This document shows positions 13,135-27,486 of a DNA stretch of 52,166 nucleotides, in pieces. A model generated the notes under the pieces. It ran no database searches. It saw only the letters and a program-made list of their open reading frames with translations, and had not been told where the DNA came from. The position numbers were made by a program, and so were the translations under genes. The stretch covers positions 8,434,475 to 8,486,640 of the forward strand of contig NC_057721.1 of NCBI RefSeq assembly GCF_004010195.1, written 5' to 3'. The stretch comes from Chiloscyllium plagiosum. Lineage: Eukaryota. Positions within the stretch are counted from its first letter, which is position 1. Each line of letters opens with the position of its first letter.

Positions 13135-15567
13135 CTAGGGCATTGATAAGGTGCAGCACGTTGCAGGCAAGTGTTTTCTGCTAGGTTAGTCTATGTTTAT
13201 AGTTGAGCTGAGGCTGCATTGCCATGTTCCACTCCACATGCAGTTCAACTGTACATTTAATTTTAAACGACTAGATTGGTTGCATCTTGACATAATTGCA
13301 GGTAATGCTATTTTCCTTGCGTTTAAGTTTAAGGACTGCCAATCATCTAAATTTATTTCCAATATCTAGTCAAGGCTGTGACCTAAACATCAGTCCTAGA
13401 ACACTATTTGCTCTCAGGGAATAGGGCAAAATGAAATGAAGGGCTTCAAAGATGAACACAAATCATTTTGCCTGATAACAGCACATCCTGCACAATGGCA
13501 ACAACATTCCATTTATCTGTGCGTCATACAACAAACAGCACAACAGAAACAAAAACAAACAATGGATTTGGTAAATCTGAAATAGAAGGAAGTATTGGAA
13601 ATACTCAGCAGGTCTAGCAACATCAGTAGAGGGATGGATAGAGTTAATGTTTCAAATTGATGAATTTTCAATAAAACTCCCTCAAATGAGACAAAAATGC
13701 CAATGCTATTCTCTGCAAAATATTTTGAGAGAATAAGTCTATAGCAGCAAATAGTATTGAAATTGATGTGAACAAATGGAGGAAATTTTAAAAATGTACA
13801 TGTTTAAATACATTCTGTATCAATTAATAAGTTTCACTAATTGTGCACAAAGAGAAGATTGCATTTCCTGAAGATCTATGATTCTATGACTCTAATTCCC
13901 AGATTAATATTTTTGATTTAAGTAATCATTAATACTGGATCCTGACAGACATGATTAAACAAGAATAAACTTTATAATCCAGATGTATTAGAATCAATTT
14001 AATCTCCCATTAATTTCCTTTATTTCAATTTGTAAGCTGTGGAAAAACAAAACAAAAAAACCCAAAAATATTATTTATTTAATATCAGAGGATTATTCTG
14101 CCTCTTGTAAAAAAAAAAGTGGCAATATTAAATCTTTACCCTCTGGATAACATTGAAAATTCTATTCCTGTTAGAATACTTTCCTAATCAAATAAAATAC
14201 ATTCCTGTCACAGGAATAGCGTACATATTAAATTATCACAAGTATATTGTCAGCCATGAGTCGTAGCACTATTGCCTCTCTTTCAGAAGATCAAGGGTTC
14301 AAACCCCACTCCATAAATGTGAGCTAAACCAGAGGCTTACAATTCAATGAGATAGCGCGATGTTGTCAGAGGTCTGGACACTCTTTCATACAAGTCCTTT
14401 CAAACTGATTGAGAACTGACCCCATTGGACATCACTCATCAATTCACTGTAATTCAAGTGCATATGCATTAGTCCTTCTCCTGGGGTTTTGCTAGTTAAC
14501 CAGTTTCCTAACCAGACTAATAATTTACCTTCAATTCCTTGTGCTTTAATCATAGGTAGAACACAATGCCTTCTACAAATCCATATAAACTACATAGATA
14601 GACATTCACCTATTTACTACAATTGTTAATCCTCCATAACTCTAAGTAGGTTCATTAAACATGGATTAGCTATTACAAATTCAGCTGGCTATGTCCAGTC
14701 ATTTTAGATTTCTCCAAGAGTTATGTCACTGTGACATTAAATATTGATTTCAATAATTACCCTGTTATAGACGAGCAAGGCTATTCTGTTTCCTCTTTGA
14801 ATTTTCCCAAATAATGAAATTGCATTTGCACTTTTACAATCTAAAGGATGATTTCCTGAGTTGAAAGAGCTTTAAAAGATTATGGCTAAAGCTTTTCTGT
14901 GTGCTCTTGCATATGCAAAGCAGTATGTTTGAAATAGTAAGTACAGTGCAACCTCTTGGTCAATATCCTGAATATTATTCTGCTTGTTTAATAATGCTGA
15001 GACTTAATTAACTCACTGCCTTAAAGCAAAATAAATATGTTAATAAACAAGAACATTAAATAGAGCAACACTAATTAAACTGAGGATTAATTTCAGTTTT
15101 CAAATTATGGAAGGTTACAGGAAAGTTAAGGAGAATACGTTGAACAATATTAGACAGGGCTTTATCAAGCAAATGAGAAAAAAAAACTGGTTGCATTGGT
15201 GGGTGGAGCAGCAATCAGGAGGTATGTATTTAAGGTAATTGGTGAAAGAACGAGAAGGGAAATGAGAATTTTTAATGCAGCAAGATAAGATGACTTGGAT
15301 TGCACTACATTAAAAGATGGTGGAAGGTGAATCAGTGGTAACCTTCAAAAGGAGTTGGACATGCATTTGAAAAATCATCTTGGCTATCCCTAAAGAACAC
15401 AGAAGCAGGACTAATTGGACAGCTTTTTCAAAAGGCCATCACAGTTACAATGCACCAAATGGCCTCCTATTTGTTTTTTTTGACTCTGTAACAAATGCTC
15501 AAAATACAAAGGCTAAGTGAACAACCTCTATAATACAATTTCTGAAACCAGCAGCTGACATATGAGG

Positions 15568-15645
15568 CAGAGAGAGAGAGAGAAAGAAAGAGAGAGACAG
15601 GCAGGCAGACAGGCAGGCAGACAGGCAGGCAGGCAGACAAAGACA
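15568..15645. repeat. Compound (AG)n/(AGGC/AGAC)n microsatellite
   Basis: Directly visible. Confidence 0.9.
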
Positions 15646-15779
15646 GAAATCTTTTAACCCCAGACACTCTGGCCTTCCGACATACTGAACAAGTTGGATG
15701 TTTAGTACAAACGTGTGTACATATGACAATTAGTCACTGGGCCATCTCTGAATAAACAGTACATTGATTATTATTATAA

Positions 15780-15853
15780 AGATTATCAGTTCAAATAGCT
15801 AGAGCACAATGCTAATAATACAAAGGTCACGGGTTCAATCCCCAGACCGACCA
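15780..15853 (+). pseudogene. Decayed tRNA-Ile(AAT)-like sequence (tRNA pseudogene or SINE head)
   Basis: TAGAGC...GCTAATAA...AAGGTCACGGGTTCAATCCCC resembles vertebrate tRNA-Ile AAT; stems are disrupted. Confidence 0.6.
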
Positions 15854-15880
15854 AACCAAGTGGCTTCCAGCCGAGACTTT

Positions 15881-16200
15881 AGGGGTGGCACAGTGGCTAG
15901 CACTGCTGCCTCAGAGCACCACGGACACTGATTCCAGCCTTAGGTGACTGTCTGTGTGGAGTTCACATGTTGACCCTATGTCTGCATGGGTTTCTGCTGG
16001 GCACAGCAGTTGTGCACATTAGGTGAACTGGCCATGCTAAATTGGCCATAGCGACGAAGGACGTGAGTGCTAGTTGGATTAGCCATGGTAAAATGCGAGG
16101 TTACAGGGATAGGATAGCAAGCTGGGTCTGGGTGGGATGCTCTTCAGCGGATTGGTGCAGATTCGATGGGCTGAGTGGCCCCTTCTGCACTGTAGGAATT
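15881..16200 (+). mobile_element. Older HE1/V-SINE-like SINE
   Basis: GGGGTGGCACAGTGG..CACTGCTGCCTCA head, GTGTGGAGTT core. Confidence 0.75.
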
Positions 16201-16579
16201 GTCTGATAACTGTTCAACTCAGTTTAGAATCATAGGAAGAGACCATTGTGCCAATGTTACTGGGCTGATACTCAAACATTTATTTAGTTTGTCTCACTTA
16301 TCCTACCCAGTACTCTTTCTCATAGCCCTGAAAAAATATGCTATTAATTATCCAGTTCTCTTTGTTACTTTTGAATCTACTTGCAAGACTTTTGCAGACA
16401 TATGGAGATGCTGAGTAAGAGAATTTTGCCTTTCCTGTTCTCCACACCAACATCATCGCTATTACTCCAACCTTTTGCTAATGCCAATTGCTTGTGTGTT
16501 AAGTGGCAACGTGAAGTAAGTTTTCTGGACAGTCCTGTTACAGAGAGAGAGCTGATTATACAATGTCAACTAATTGTTA

Positions 16580-16768
<189 letters not shown>

Positions 16769-19281
16769 TCATCAGCTATGATAAATCCTAAAACATAATT
16801 TTCAAAGTTGTGAATGAATTCAATTAGGGCATGTTGAATATTGATCAGTAGTTTGAGAGGTAAGAAGCATATATAATTTTGTTATTACACAGATGTTAAT
16901 TTAATGACAATGATAATAATGACTGAAAAACTTTTAGTTACTAAATTACTACATTACTTTTAGATTTCATTTATTGTTATTCTTCTGACGAGAAAGTATG
17001 TTTGAAAGGATCATTGATTGGCGTTTAAATTAATATTTCATCTCATGCTCTGTGCTTTTCTTATTTGCTCTCTCAATTCCACATTGAATCTTCATATTTG
17101 ACCTGGTTCTTAACTGTATTAACCCAGCATCTGTCACGCCCACACTTACAAAGAGGATTCTGGGTTTGTTTGCCCTATCTTTCCCCTTTGTAGAAGTGAC
17201 CTTTGCCTATACTTTAAAGGCAACATACTGATCATCACCTTTCTCTGGTCAGCTTTGATTCCACTTTATTGGAGTCAGACTCATTCTTATCCTATTAAAG
17301 TTGGCTTTTCCTCAAACTATTCTTTTGCTGGGTTACTCTTTGTAGTTTTCCGCTGTCAACCTAAAGCTCATGTTAAAATTATCATTGTCCCAAAACGTGA
17401 CTTCACAGTCACCTGGCCCAACCAATTCCCAAGAATCAGCTCAAGTAGTATTTTCTTTCTCATTGCAAGAGAGACATTAAATTTGAACATTAATTGTTGA
17501 AACATTTCCTGGATGCACACTGGCAAATTACCCCCTCCTCTGCTCTTTGTCTATTTTAGAAATGTAATCATTTAATTATTTACTTTGCTTACAAATTTGT
17601 TCCTCTACATTTTTCCCACTAATTGGTAGCCTTTACACGATACCAAGCAATGTAATTGCACCAATTCTTTGTTCTTTAGCCCTAACCAAAAAGATTCTGT
17701 CCTTGACCACAGTGCAATGCTGGTGAGAGACAACATTCTCCTTAATCAATATTGTCAACCATTCTCCTTTTCTGAGCACTTGTATCAAAAGGATATTTAG
17801 TACCCAGCTATACAGTTCTGAATCAAGTCTCCATTAACCCCACAACATCATACTTCTATGTAATTATCTGTGTCTGTAACTCACTGACCTTACCAATCAC
17901 ATGCTGCACATTCGCATGGTATTGGTCAAATTTGAACTTTATTACTTTGCCATTAATGTTGAATCCACCAAACATCAATGCCTCCTACTCTATTATCTCT
18001 GCTTTATACCTCTTATGAATTTACCCCAGTACCCTCCTGCAAACTTTGTGCAAACTTTCCACAATAGCACCAATACTAACTGCTCTTTTCTACCAATAAT
18101 GTGGAGGAGCCAGTTTTGGACTGGGGTGGGAGAAAGTGAGGACTGCAGATACTGGGGATCGGAGTCAAAACGTGCGGCACTGGAAAAGCACAGGTGGTCA
18201 GGCATCATCAGCATAAATTACAAAAGTACTCTCTGGGATGAAAATTGGAGTTGAAATTAATGATCAGGAGTTAAGCTGCAGTGAGTACCTTGTTATTCAA
18301 CATTTTTTCAAAGCAACTTTTTGTATTGCATTTTGATTTCCAACAAATGAGAACCACCAACAATTTCACAAACCAATTCCCAATAAACTGCAGATACACA
18401 ATTTCAATTCACAGTCCCATTTCTTTTTGAACTCAAAGTGTTAACCGTGATTCTGTCTCCACAAATTGCCAGATCTGCTTAATTTCTCCTGCAGTCTCTG
18501 TTTTTATTTCAGTTTTCCACCATCTGCCTTTCCACCCCCCCTCCTTGTTGGTTCTTGGGGTGTGAGCACCACTGGCAAATCCAGCATATTGTTGTCTCCT
18601 TCTCTCGGTACCAGTGGCCTATAAAACCATTCAGTTCAGTTCATGCAGAGTACAGTTACAGTCAACCACATTGCTATATATTTGCAATCAAACGTAGGCA
18701 AATTGCTGCTCCTGAAAGACATGAGTGAACCAGGTGGGTTTTTGCAATAATCTGGTATTTTATGATTATTAATATGCCTCGCATTTAATTCTAAATTCAA
18801 CCATTGTGCTTATTTCAATTCCTTCAGCTGCCAGATAGGATTTGAACTCATGTCACTACAACATTAGTCAAGAACTTTGGGTTAATGTCTTTAGTAACAT
18901 TACCACTAAACTACCATCAATGTATAATGTCATTACCAAGGTCACACACTTATATATTACTGCAAAGTAAACTATCTGATTGAAACGAACACCAGTGGAA
19001 TACCAAAATGCTTTCACACTACACACAGTGCTTAACTTTGTATCTAGAAAAACAAAATCGTATTGATTAATTTTACTCATTTGCTAATTTGTAAAGCTGT
19101 TTTTAATGACAGGGTGAGACATGAATTCACTTTTAAAAATCTGCTAGGTAATTTTAAAACATTATTCACTATTTCAGGCAGGTTCATAACTGCCTAACAT
19201 ACTTTATCTAACAGACAGTAAAAGCAATCTGCTTTACATAAATTAACAAAACAGGTGGTGATGTTTACCAAGGATATTTAC

Positions 19282-19389
19282 CTGAAGGACACAAATTCCT
19301 TGTAACCCAGTCACTCTGCAAGGAGTAAGGTGATTTCCACTGATTCCTGTTCCCAGCTGACCACTGCCATTGTAACCCCAAGCGTATAC
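19282..19389 (-). CDS. RCBTB1: RCBTB1 coding exon, RCC1 repeat (VYAWGYNGSGQLGTGISGNHLTPCRVTGLQGICVLQ)
   Basis: Manual translation; tag/gtaaat boundaries; 108 nt. Confidence 0.93.
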
Positions 19390-19869
19390 CTAGACAAAGA
19401 AGACGAATATATATAAAATCAGAGTATTCAAGGAAGTCATTCAGCTAACTGTGTTAGAACTAGTTTTTTGAAAGTGAATCCATTACTCTCACTCCACCTA
19501 TGCTTTACCCATAGCGCTTTCTTCTTTGTTTTTAAATTTATATCTAGTTATCTTTTGAATATTGCTATTAAACCTCAGACTGTGAATTCTAGTTAATAAC
19601 AGCACGTGAAGTAAAGAAAACATTGCTATCACTCTTCTGTGAATTATCTTAAACTTACCGCCTCTGGTAACTGACCTTCCTGCAATGCAACAAATTTCTC
19701 CCAATCTACCTTCATAATTTTGAGCATATCTATGAACTTTACTGCTCAAGAATAACTTGGGAATGAATAATAAATGCTGGCCCAGCTAGCAATGTCTACA
19801 TCCCCTGAAGAGGAGATCAATTTCAATTTAACTTGTCTCTCCACTTACCTATCCATGTATCTGTTTGAA

Positions 19870-20705
19870 ACATAAAGGATTCTTAGAAGTCTTGACAGGT
19901 TAAAAAGGAGATTCTAGGACCAGAGAACACAGTGTCTGAATACAGAGGCACCAATTTAAAACTGAGACGATGAGGAATTTCTTCTTTCAGAGGGTTGAGA
20001 CTCCAAAGAATTTCCTTGCCACAGAAAGCTGTGGTGGCAAAACTTTGTGCACATTTAAGGCAGAGATAGCTAGATTATTGATCAGGATGAGGAATTAATA
20101 TTACAAGGAAGGGGCAGGAGAGTGCCCGTGACAAATTTTGGATCGATTACAATCCTACCTGAATGACAAAGCAGGCTCGAGTGGCCAAACAGCCTACTCT
20201 TGTTCCTATTTCTTGCAATCTTTGATTAACCAATGATGGGTTCAGAAAAAATTTACAATGATGGTGCCAGGATTGGAGGATTTGAGCTAAAGGAAGAGGC
20301 TGAACAGGCTGCAGCTATTTTCCCCACAGCATCAGAAGCTGAGAGGGGAAACCTTATTCAGATTTAATTAAATCAAGAAGGGCACTGATAGATATATAAT
20401 CTAAGGTCTTTTCCCGAGGGAAGGGGAGTCCAAAACTAGAGGGCACAGATTTAATGTGAGAAGTGAAAAATTTAAAAGGTATCTAAGGGACAACTTTTTC
20501 ACAAAGAGCATGAAATGAGCTGCCAGTGGAAATGGTGGCGGTGAGTAAATTACAACATTTAAAAGGCATGTAGATGGGTATATGAATAGGAAGGATTTAG
20601 AGGAATATGGGCCAAATGCTGGTAAATGGGACTAGATCAGGATACCTGGTCAGCATGGACGAGTTGGACTGAAGAGTCTGTTTCCCTGCTGTCTATAACT
20701 CTATA
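19870..20705 (+). mobile_element. Two tandem CR1 3' fragments
   Basis: CR1 ORF2 end and 3'UTR motifs. Confidence 0.7.
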
Positions 20706-21114
20706 TAGCCCTCTCAATAAATTTAAGTGATGACAGACAAAGACCATTTGAAGGAATAATGTTGAAAGGAAATACAAGAATTAACTTGGCATTGTTCTGG
20801 CAAATGGCCTGTAAGTATTAGGCGTGCAGGAGAAAATGAACAACTACACCTAACCTCACTGTTCCTGTGTTTTGATCCAAGCTGACTGTTGCAGCAGCAA
20901 TGAAGTTTTAGTCAGTTCTGTAAAGTGTAAAAATGAGAAAGCCTTTTGTGATCTGACGTCACTCCAAAGCTATTCAGTGTAATTTAGTTTTAAGTGCAGC
21001 CACGGTATTTTGCAGGGAAATCCAGCAGCCAATTTTCATACAGTAAATTCCCAGAAAATGGAGTAATTACTCTGAATATCAGCACTAGTGCAGACAGGGC
21101 TAGTGGTGTCACTG

Positions 21115-21565
21115 TCATAGAGTCATAGAGATGTACAACATGGAAACAGAACCTTCGGTCCAACCCGTCCATGCCGACCAGATATCCCAACCCAATCTCG
21201 TCCCACCTGCCAGCATCTAGCCCATATCCCTCCAAACCCTTCCTATTCATATACCTATCCAAATGCCTCTTAAATGTTGCAATTGTACCAGCCTCCACCA
21301 CATCCTCTGGCAGCTCATTCCATACACGTACCACCCTCTGCGTGAAGGTTGCCCTTTAGGTCTCTTTTATATCTTTCCCCTCTCACCCTCTAGTTCTAGA
21401 CTCCCTGACCCCAGGGAAGAGACTTCGTCTATTTACCCTATCCATGCCCTTCATAATTTTGTAAGCCTCTATAAGGTCACCCCTCAGCCTCCGATGCTCC
21501 AGGAAAAACAGCCCCAGCCTGTTCAGCTTCTCCCCATAGCTCAGATCGTCCAACCCTGGCAACAC
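21115..21565 (-). mobile_element. CR1 (HER1-like) 3' fragment
   Basis: RRLRGDLIEAYKIMKG, VWNELPEDVVEAG; TCTATGAC tail. Confidence 0.85.
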
Positions 21566-22599
21566 TGGTTGCAACAAGCCACAGGTCTTTCAACTGACAT
21601 CACACACTGCATGTGCAGTCTTGCCAGTGCAGGCACAGTACTACTACATCTTTATTTCATGTAAATTAGTTTTTAAAAAGTGGCAACCAATCCCTTGTGC
21701 AGCCTTGGCCTTTTGATGGTTGGATTTTTACCCAGCATTCTCAAGGAAAGGAAATACACCTCATCCTCATATGCACATTGACAAAATAAGCTACAGTTAT
21801 AGTCATTTCAACTCCTTAATCTATGAGAAAGGGCCAGCTATAGGAGGGCAATAGAGGCAGTGCTGTGAGTACGGAGGCATCATAACCATGGCCTCAAGCT
21901 CTGAGAAAAAAATTATTGGTCTCCACGTTAACCCTGAACAGGGCAGCTCCTTCCATTGTTTACAAGGTATCATTGTCTCTCTATCTCTTTGCACATGTAT
22001 GCTCCTGGCACAACTTAGAACTGGCATTTACATAATTCATAGTTTCCACAAAAACAGAACACTAGACAAATGATTTGGTAGTGGATTTTGAAGGATAAAT
22101 GTTGATCAGGATACTGGAAAATCTCCCTCAGCACTGCACCACAATGTTAGCCCATGGTAGGGACTAAAGGAACCAAGTGAGGTTTAAACCCACAATCTTC
22201 TCACTCTGAGATGACAGCTTTATGGTAACACTGAGATAAATATTAAACACTGAGCTCAAAGCACCAAAGTCACACTGTACTGCAATCTTTGCAACAATTT
22301 TCCAGCATTAATTCAGCCATAAGAAGGTGCACAGGGCCAGAGCTCCCCCTCTGCATTTAAATCTAAATTCAGGAAGAAGCTCTCTAACTTCAAACATATT
22401 TAGCTGCAGACTCATCACACTGCATCGCCCAGAGGTACCAGGCAATTAGATAAGTATAGGGCAATTGTAAGTATTTCTCTTACCCACAATGCAAATCTGT
22501 CCAAAGTAGTCAGTAAAAGGTTGCAATCAAAGTGCAAAATTTCATCGATAAACCATGCAAATGACCTGATTACAATTTGTAAGATGCTAGAACCTGTAA

Positions 22600-22990
22600 A
22601 CAAATTCAAAAAGACAGTCGTGCATTTATGCAGTGCTTTTTATGACCTCAGGGTGTCTCTAAGTGCTTTACAGCCAACATTGTCAGTTTTGTATCACAGG
22701 AGACACTGCAACCAATTTGTGGACAATAATGGCTCACAAACAGTCATGCATTATTGGTGTTGAATCAGCTAAGTACTACCCAGGCCACGAGTTAAAATAC
22801 CCTTGCTCTTTTTGGAATACTGTCATTAGACCTTTTATGCAACCTGAGGTAGAAGAAAGTGCCTCAGTTTAATGTCTCAGCTCAAAAACAATGGCTCTAA
22901 CACTGTAGCAGTTCCCTAGAGCTCCACTGAGGCGTCAACCTTGATCTTGTGCTCAAGCCTCCACAGTCGGACTCGAATCCACAACTTGTA
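22600..22990 (-). mobile_element. Ancient DeuSINE/SacSINE-like element (similar decayed copies near 29190-29400, 35240-35480, 42560-42920)
   Basis: Shared degenerate core (CCTCAGTTTAATGTCTCA..., GTGCTCAAG...) recognised by eye. Confidence 0.45.
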
Positions 22991-23376
22991 CAATCATGCT
23001 TAGTGTTCTGCGCAGCATCAATCCAGACAATTTTGTGTTCCACCAAATACAAACTCACTCTCATCATTTTCTCACCCCATTACCTGGACACAAATCAGGA
23101 CAAGGGACTTTGAAGCAAATTGAAGCTTTAAACAAAAAAAAATCACGGTCATAGAGGGTTTTCAAAAACTGGGCTGCTCTTCCTCTGTGCTTAATATTAT
23201 ATGACTATTAACTCATGAACTGAGCCCGCAGAAAAACCATTGCTAATTTTGCTCATCCAAATTAAATCAGTATAACATCAGTAAAAGGCAACATTTTCAT
23301 ATCACTGCAGTGCCCTCATTATTCTTCCACTAACATATGCACAACAACACAATGTTACATAGTATACTGGATCTCA

Positions 23377-23550
<174 letters not shown>

Positions 23551-24112
23551 TTATCCAAGCAGACATAGAAAGGAGATTACTTAAATTGTGGAAAAAAATA
23601 GCAAGGTCATATTGTCATGTATAAAATGGTATTAAGTGAAACAGAGCAGATTCTCAAATATGAAAAGATCATGCGTGTATTGGCTGTAACATTTGGGGAT
23701 CTAATTTTGCAAAAGATTAAATAATTCTTTGATTAATAGAAATTAACTCAATGTTCCATTCATGCATGTACACTGTACTGTAATGTTGCACTTGAGACAA
23801 ACAAACATGAAATATTTCTAGAGTACAGCATATCAATCATGCACACCATATATTCAGCTGACTGGTCAATTTATATTTTAAAGTTCATGCATTGTTGTTG
23901 TGTGCCTCAACTTTATAGTGTGTAAAAATTTTCTACAAATTTTTATCTCTACATACATGTGTGAAAATTTTTGTTGTGTGCATACATATGTTTGTGTTCA
24001 AGTATAATGTCATATTTGAAAGTATTTTACAATGGAAATTCTAAATTGATCTTCAGCTTTAAAGCCCAGAACCAGTACGATATCCCATCTTTCAACAGGT
24101 AGCATCCAACAA

Positions 24113-25540
24113 TTAGGAGAAAGTGAGGATTGCAGATGCTGGAAATCAGAGTCAAAAGTTTGGTGCTGGAAAAGCACAGCAGATCAGGCAGCATCCGAGG
24201 AGCTGTCTCGACCAGTACCCTTCCACTGACATTCTCATTCGTTTGGCTGAGCTGGTCCTCACCCTCAATTATTTCTCCTTTGAATCCTCCCACTTCCTCC
24301 AGATGAAAGGGGGTGCCATGGCACCCGCATGGGCCCCAGTTTTGCCTGACTCTTTGTTAGTTACATAGAACAGTCCATCTTCCGCAGTTATACCGGCACC
24401 ACCTTTTCCTCCGCTACATTGATGACTATATCGGCGTCATCTTGTGCTCCCACGAGGGAAGTTGAACAGTTCAACAACTTCACCAACACATTCCACCCTG
24501 ACCTTAAGTTCACCTGGACAATCTCAGCCCACCCTTCCAACTGCAATAAGGACAAATCCCCCCCTACCCCCACCTTCCACTCGCCAACCTCTGTATCCTC
24601 TGCCATTTCCGCCACCTACATACGGACCCCACCACTAAAGGTATATTTCCCTCCCCTCCCCTATCTGATTTCCATAAAGACCATTCCCTCCGTGACTCTC
24701 TTGTCAGGTCCACAACCCACCCTCCCATCCCGGCAACTTCCCCTGCCACCGCAGGAATTGCAAAACCCACGCCCACACCTCCCACCTCACCTCCGTCCAA
24801 GGCCCTAAAGGAGGCTTCCACATCCATCAGAGTTTTACCTGCACTTCCACATGTCATTTTCCAGAATCTGTTGCTCTCGATGCGGTCTCCTCTACACTGG
24901 GGAGACAGGACCACATCCATCAGAGTTTTACCTGCACTTCCACATGTCATTTTCAGAATCTGTTGCTCTCGATGCGGTCTCCTCTACACTGGGGAGACAG
25001 GACACCTGCTTGCAGAGCGCTTCAGAGAACTTCTCTGGGACATTCGCACCAACCAACCCTCCCGCCTCATGGCCGAACACTTCAACTCCCCCTCCCACTC
25101 TGCCAAGGACATGCAGGTCCTGGGCCGCCTCCATCATCACACCCTTACCACCCGATACCCAGAGGAAAAACACCTACCTTCCGCCTTGGGACCCTCCAAA
25201 CACACGGCATCAATGTGGACTTCATTAGTTTCCTCATTTTCCCTGCCCCCACCTCATTCCAGTTCCAACCTTCCAACTTAGCACTGCCCTCATGACCTGT
25301 CCTGTCAATCTTCCTTCCCACCTATCCACTCCTCTCTGATTTATCACCATTACTCCCATCTCCATCTACCTATCGCACTCTAAGCTATCTTCCACCCCCC
25401 CAGCCCCACCCTCCTCCCTTTCATCTCGGCTCTCAAGCTTCATTCCTGATGAAGGGTTGTTACCCAAAACATCAATACCCCTGCTCCTCAGATGCTACCT
25501 GACCTGCTATGCTTTTCCAGTACCACATTTTTGGCATCCA
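24113..25540 (+). mobile_element. Penelope-like retroelement fragment (RT plus GIY-YIG endonuclease, terminal pseudo-LTR)
   Basis: LAELVLTLNYFSF..FLQ.KG.AM, FLRYIDD, CSRCGLLYTGETG..L.ERFRE, AEHFNSPSH; inverted partial LTR at the 5' end. Confidence 0.88.
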
Positions 25541-26107
25541 AAGAATGCCTATTTGCAAACACTAAGGCTGAAAGATCATAAATACATCTGCTTTTGGAGT
25601 ATAGTGTAAATAAATCTTTGAACACACAAAGCCAGACAGTTCCTAATAACGTCTGAAAGTGACTTGACATTGTTTTAAGAGAGGGGAGTGTGTGGTGCTG
25701 GAAAAGCACAGGTCTGGGAGCATCGATGTTTCTGGCAAAAGCCCTTCACAAGGAATTAGGCCAGGAATTGCTTTAAGCGAGGGCAATTTATGCTCGGATA
25801 CTATTTTCTTTACGGCACCCAAGGTTGTCAAGGGCTTGGAAAGGGTGCAGAATGACATTATTGTTTCAAAGAGCAAGTTCAGGTACAATGGAATTAGTTC
25901 CTTCTGGGTTCAATGAAAACAAACGTGCAAGGTAATTTAATTCAAGACTGAAATCCAATAAGCTCTTCATTCTACCATCCCCACTGCATTAGACACTTTA
26001 AAAAGATTAAATTTTACAACTGTAAAGTTGGGAAACAAATGTAGATAAATTTAGATCACAGGTATCAAACAAATAACGGAGACTGCATTGGACAAGTCAG
26101 CTCTCAC

Positions 26108-26274
26108 CTCGCCTTCTATTGTTAGGATCACAGAGTGATTGGAGCCACAAGCAACCTCCATCACTGTCTTGTCATAGAACATGCTTGAGACAAGGAAAGG
26201 CAATGAGCCTGGACCAGTTGTCCCATTACCCAGCTGGCCATAACTGTTGAGGCCCCAGGAATAAGTTTCTCCAT
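26108..26274 (-). CDS. RCBTB1: RCBTB1 coding exon, RCC1 repeat (DGETYSWGLNSYGQLGNGTTGPGSLPFLVSSMFYDKTVMEVACGSNHSVILTIEGE)
   Basis: Manual translation; tttcag/gtgag boundaries; 167 nt. Confidence 0.93.
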
Positions 26275-27269
26275 CTGAAAAAGATCATAATGGTTGGAAG
26301 TGACTGAAAAGCTCCAGAGACTATTTGAAGATGGCAGCCACAGATTCGGGTGCTGCCCAGAAATCTAAGTACATTTTGTATTTCAAATGAATAACATCAG
26401 TCTCACTTTCGCTGTGCAATTTTTTTTATCTGGATTGGTTCAGAGGCAGGTAAAGCAGAATCTACCCTGAAAAATTCTTCTCTTCCTCACCCATACAATC
26501 TAAGCCAAAGTGCCACCTCAAGGGCTGCCATTTCCACTGGATGTTGGCTCCTGGAGCAATGATCAATGTAAGGCAAAGTACATTAAGTGCAGTGGCACAA
26601 GACAAAGAAACGTACAATCACACGCTATAAGCTCAAGCCAACAAACTTGATTAACAAACACTTCCATCAGAGAACTCTGATGCAATACAATCAATTACAA
26701 TCTCTCCACTGGAACATTCATAGTTTTGTGAAAGAATATGGCACAAAACAAACAGAGCTTTGTTTTGTCAAAGACATTTCCTTAGAGCAGTGGAGCTCGG
26801 GAGGGGACAATGATGATGTATAAAATTATGAGTAGCATAGATAACTTTTCCCCTTTGTGAACAAATCAACGACCGGGAGCAGTTTTAAGACAAGAGTAGA
26901 AATTTTTATAAGAGACATGAGGAAAAACTATTTCCCGAGAGGATGATGGGAATCTGGAACTTGCTGCCTGTAAAGATGGTTGAGGCAGAAACTCATAACA
27001 TTTATGAAGTATTGAAATGTGCACATAGGATGCCAAGGCATACAAAGCGAGTATTAGGAAGTGCTGTAAAATACAATTAGAATAATTGCTGTTTGTTTTT
27101 GACCGAGTGCAGAAGCAATGGGTTGAAGGGCCTTTTACTGTCCTCTAGATCTCATTGACTCTCCTAAATTGAGGGAAGCTGCAACAACCACAATGGAAAC
27201 AATGTTAGCCAGAGAAAACAGCTGATACAGTTCAAGATTTCAAAGCCAATTTGAAAACCTAATCACCTT

Positions 27270-27486
27270 ATAGACAACAATCAATGCTGGAGATCACAGC
27301 GGGTCAGACAGCATCCATTGAGACAGAGCAAGCTAACATTTCAAGTTGAGTTGAGCTCTGATGAAGAGTCATCTAGATTTGAAACGTTAGTTTGCTCTCT
27401 CTCTGTGGATGCTGTCTGACTCGCTATGATCTCCAGCATTGATTGTTTTTAGTACAGATTCCAGCATCTGCTGTAATTTGCTTTTA
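27270..27486. mobile_element. Palindromic Penelope-derived mini-element, second family
   Basis: Inverted arms; CACCTTA flanking duplication; CTGATGA...GAAACGTT core at 27358-27388. Confidence 0.75.

Noticed and set aside
24123-25295. Cluster of overlapping ORFs as a novel gene
   Set aside because: Frameshifted Penelope RT/endonuclease remnants
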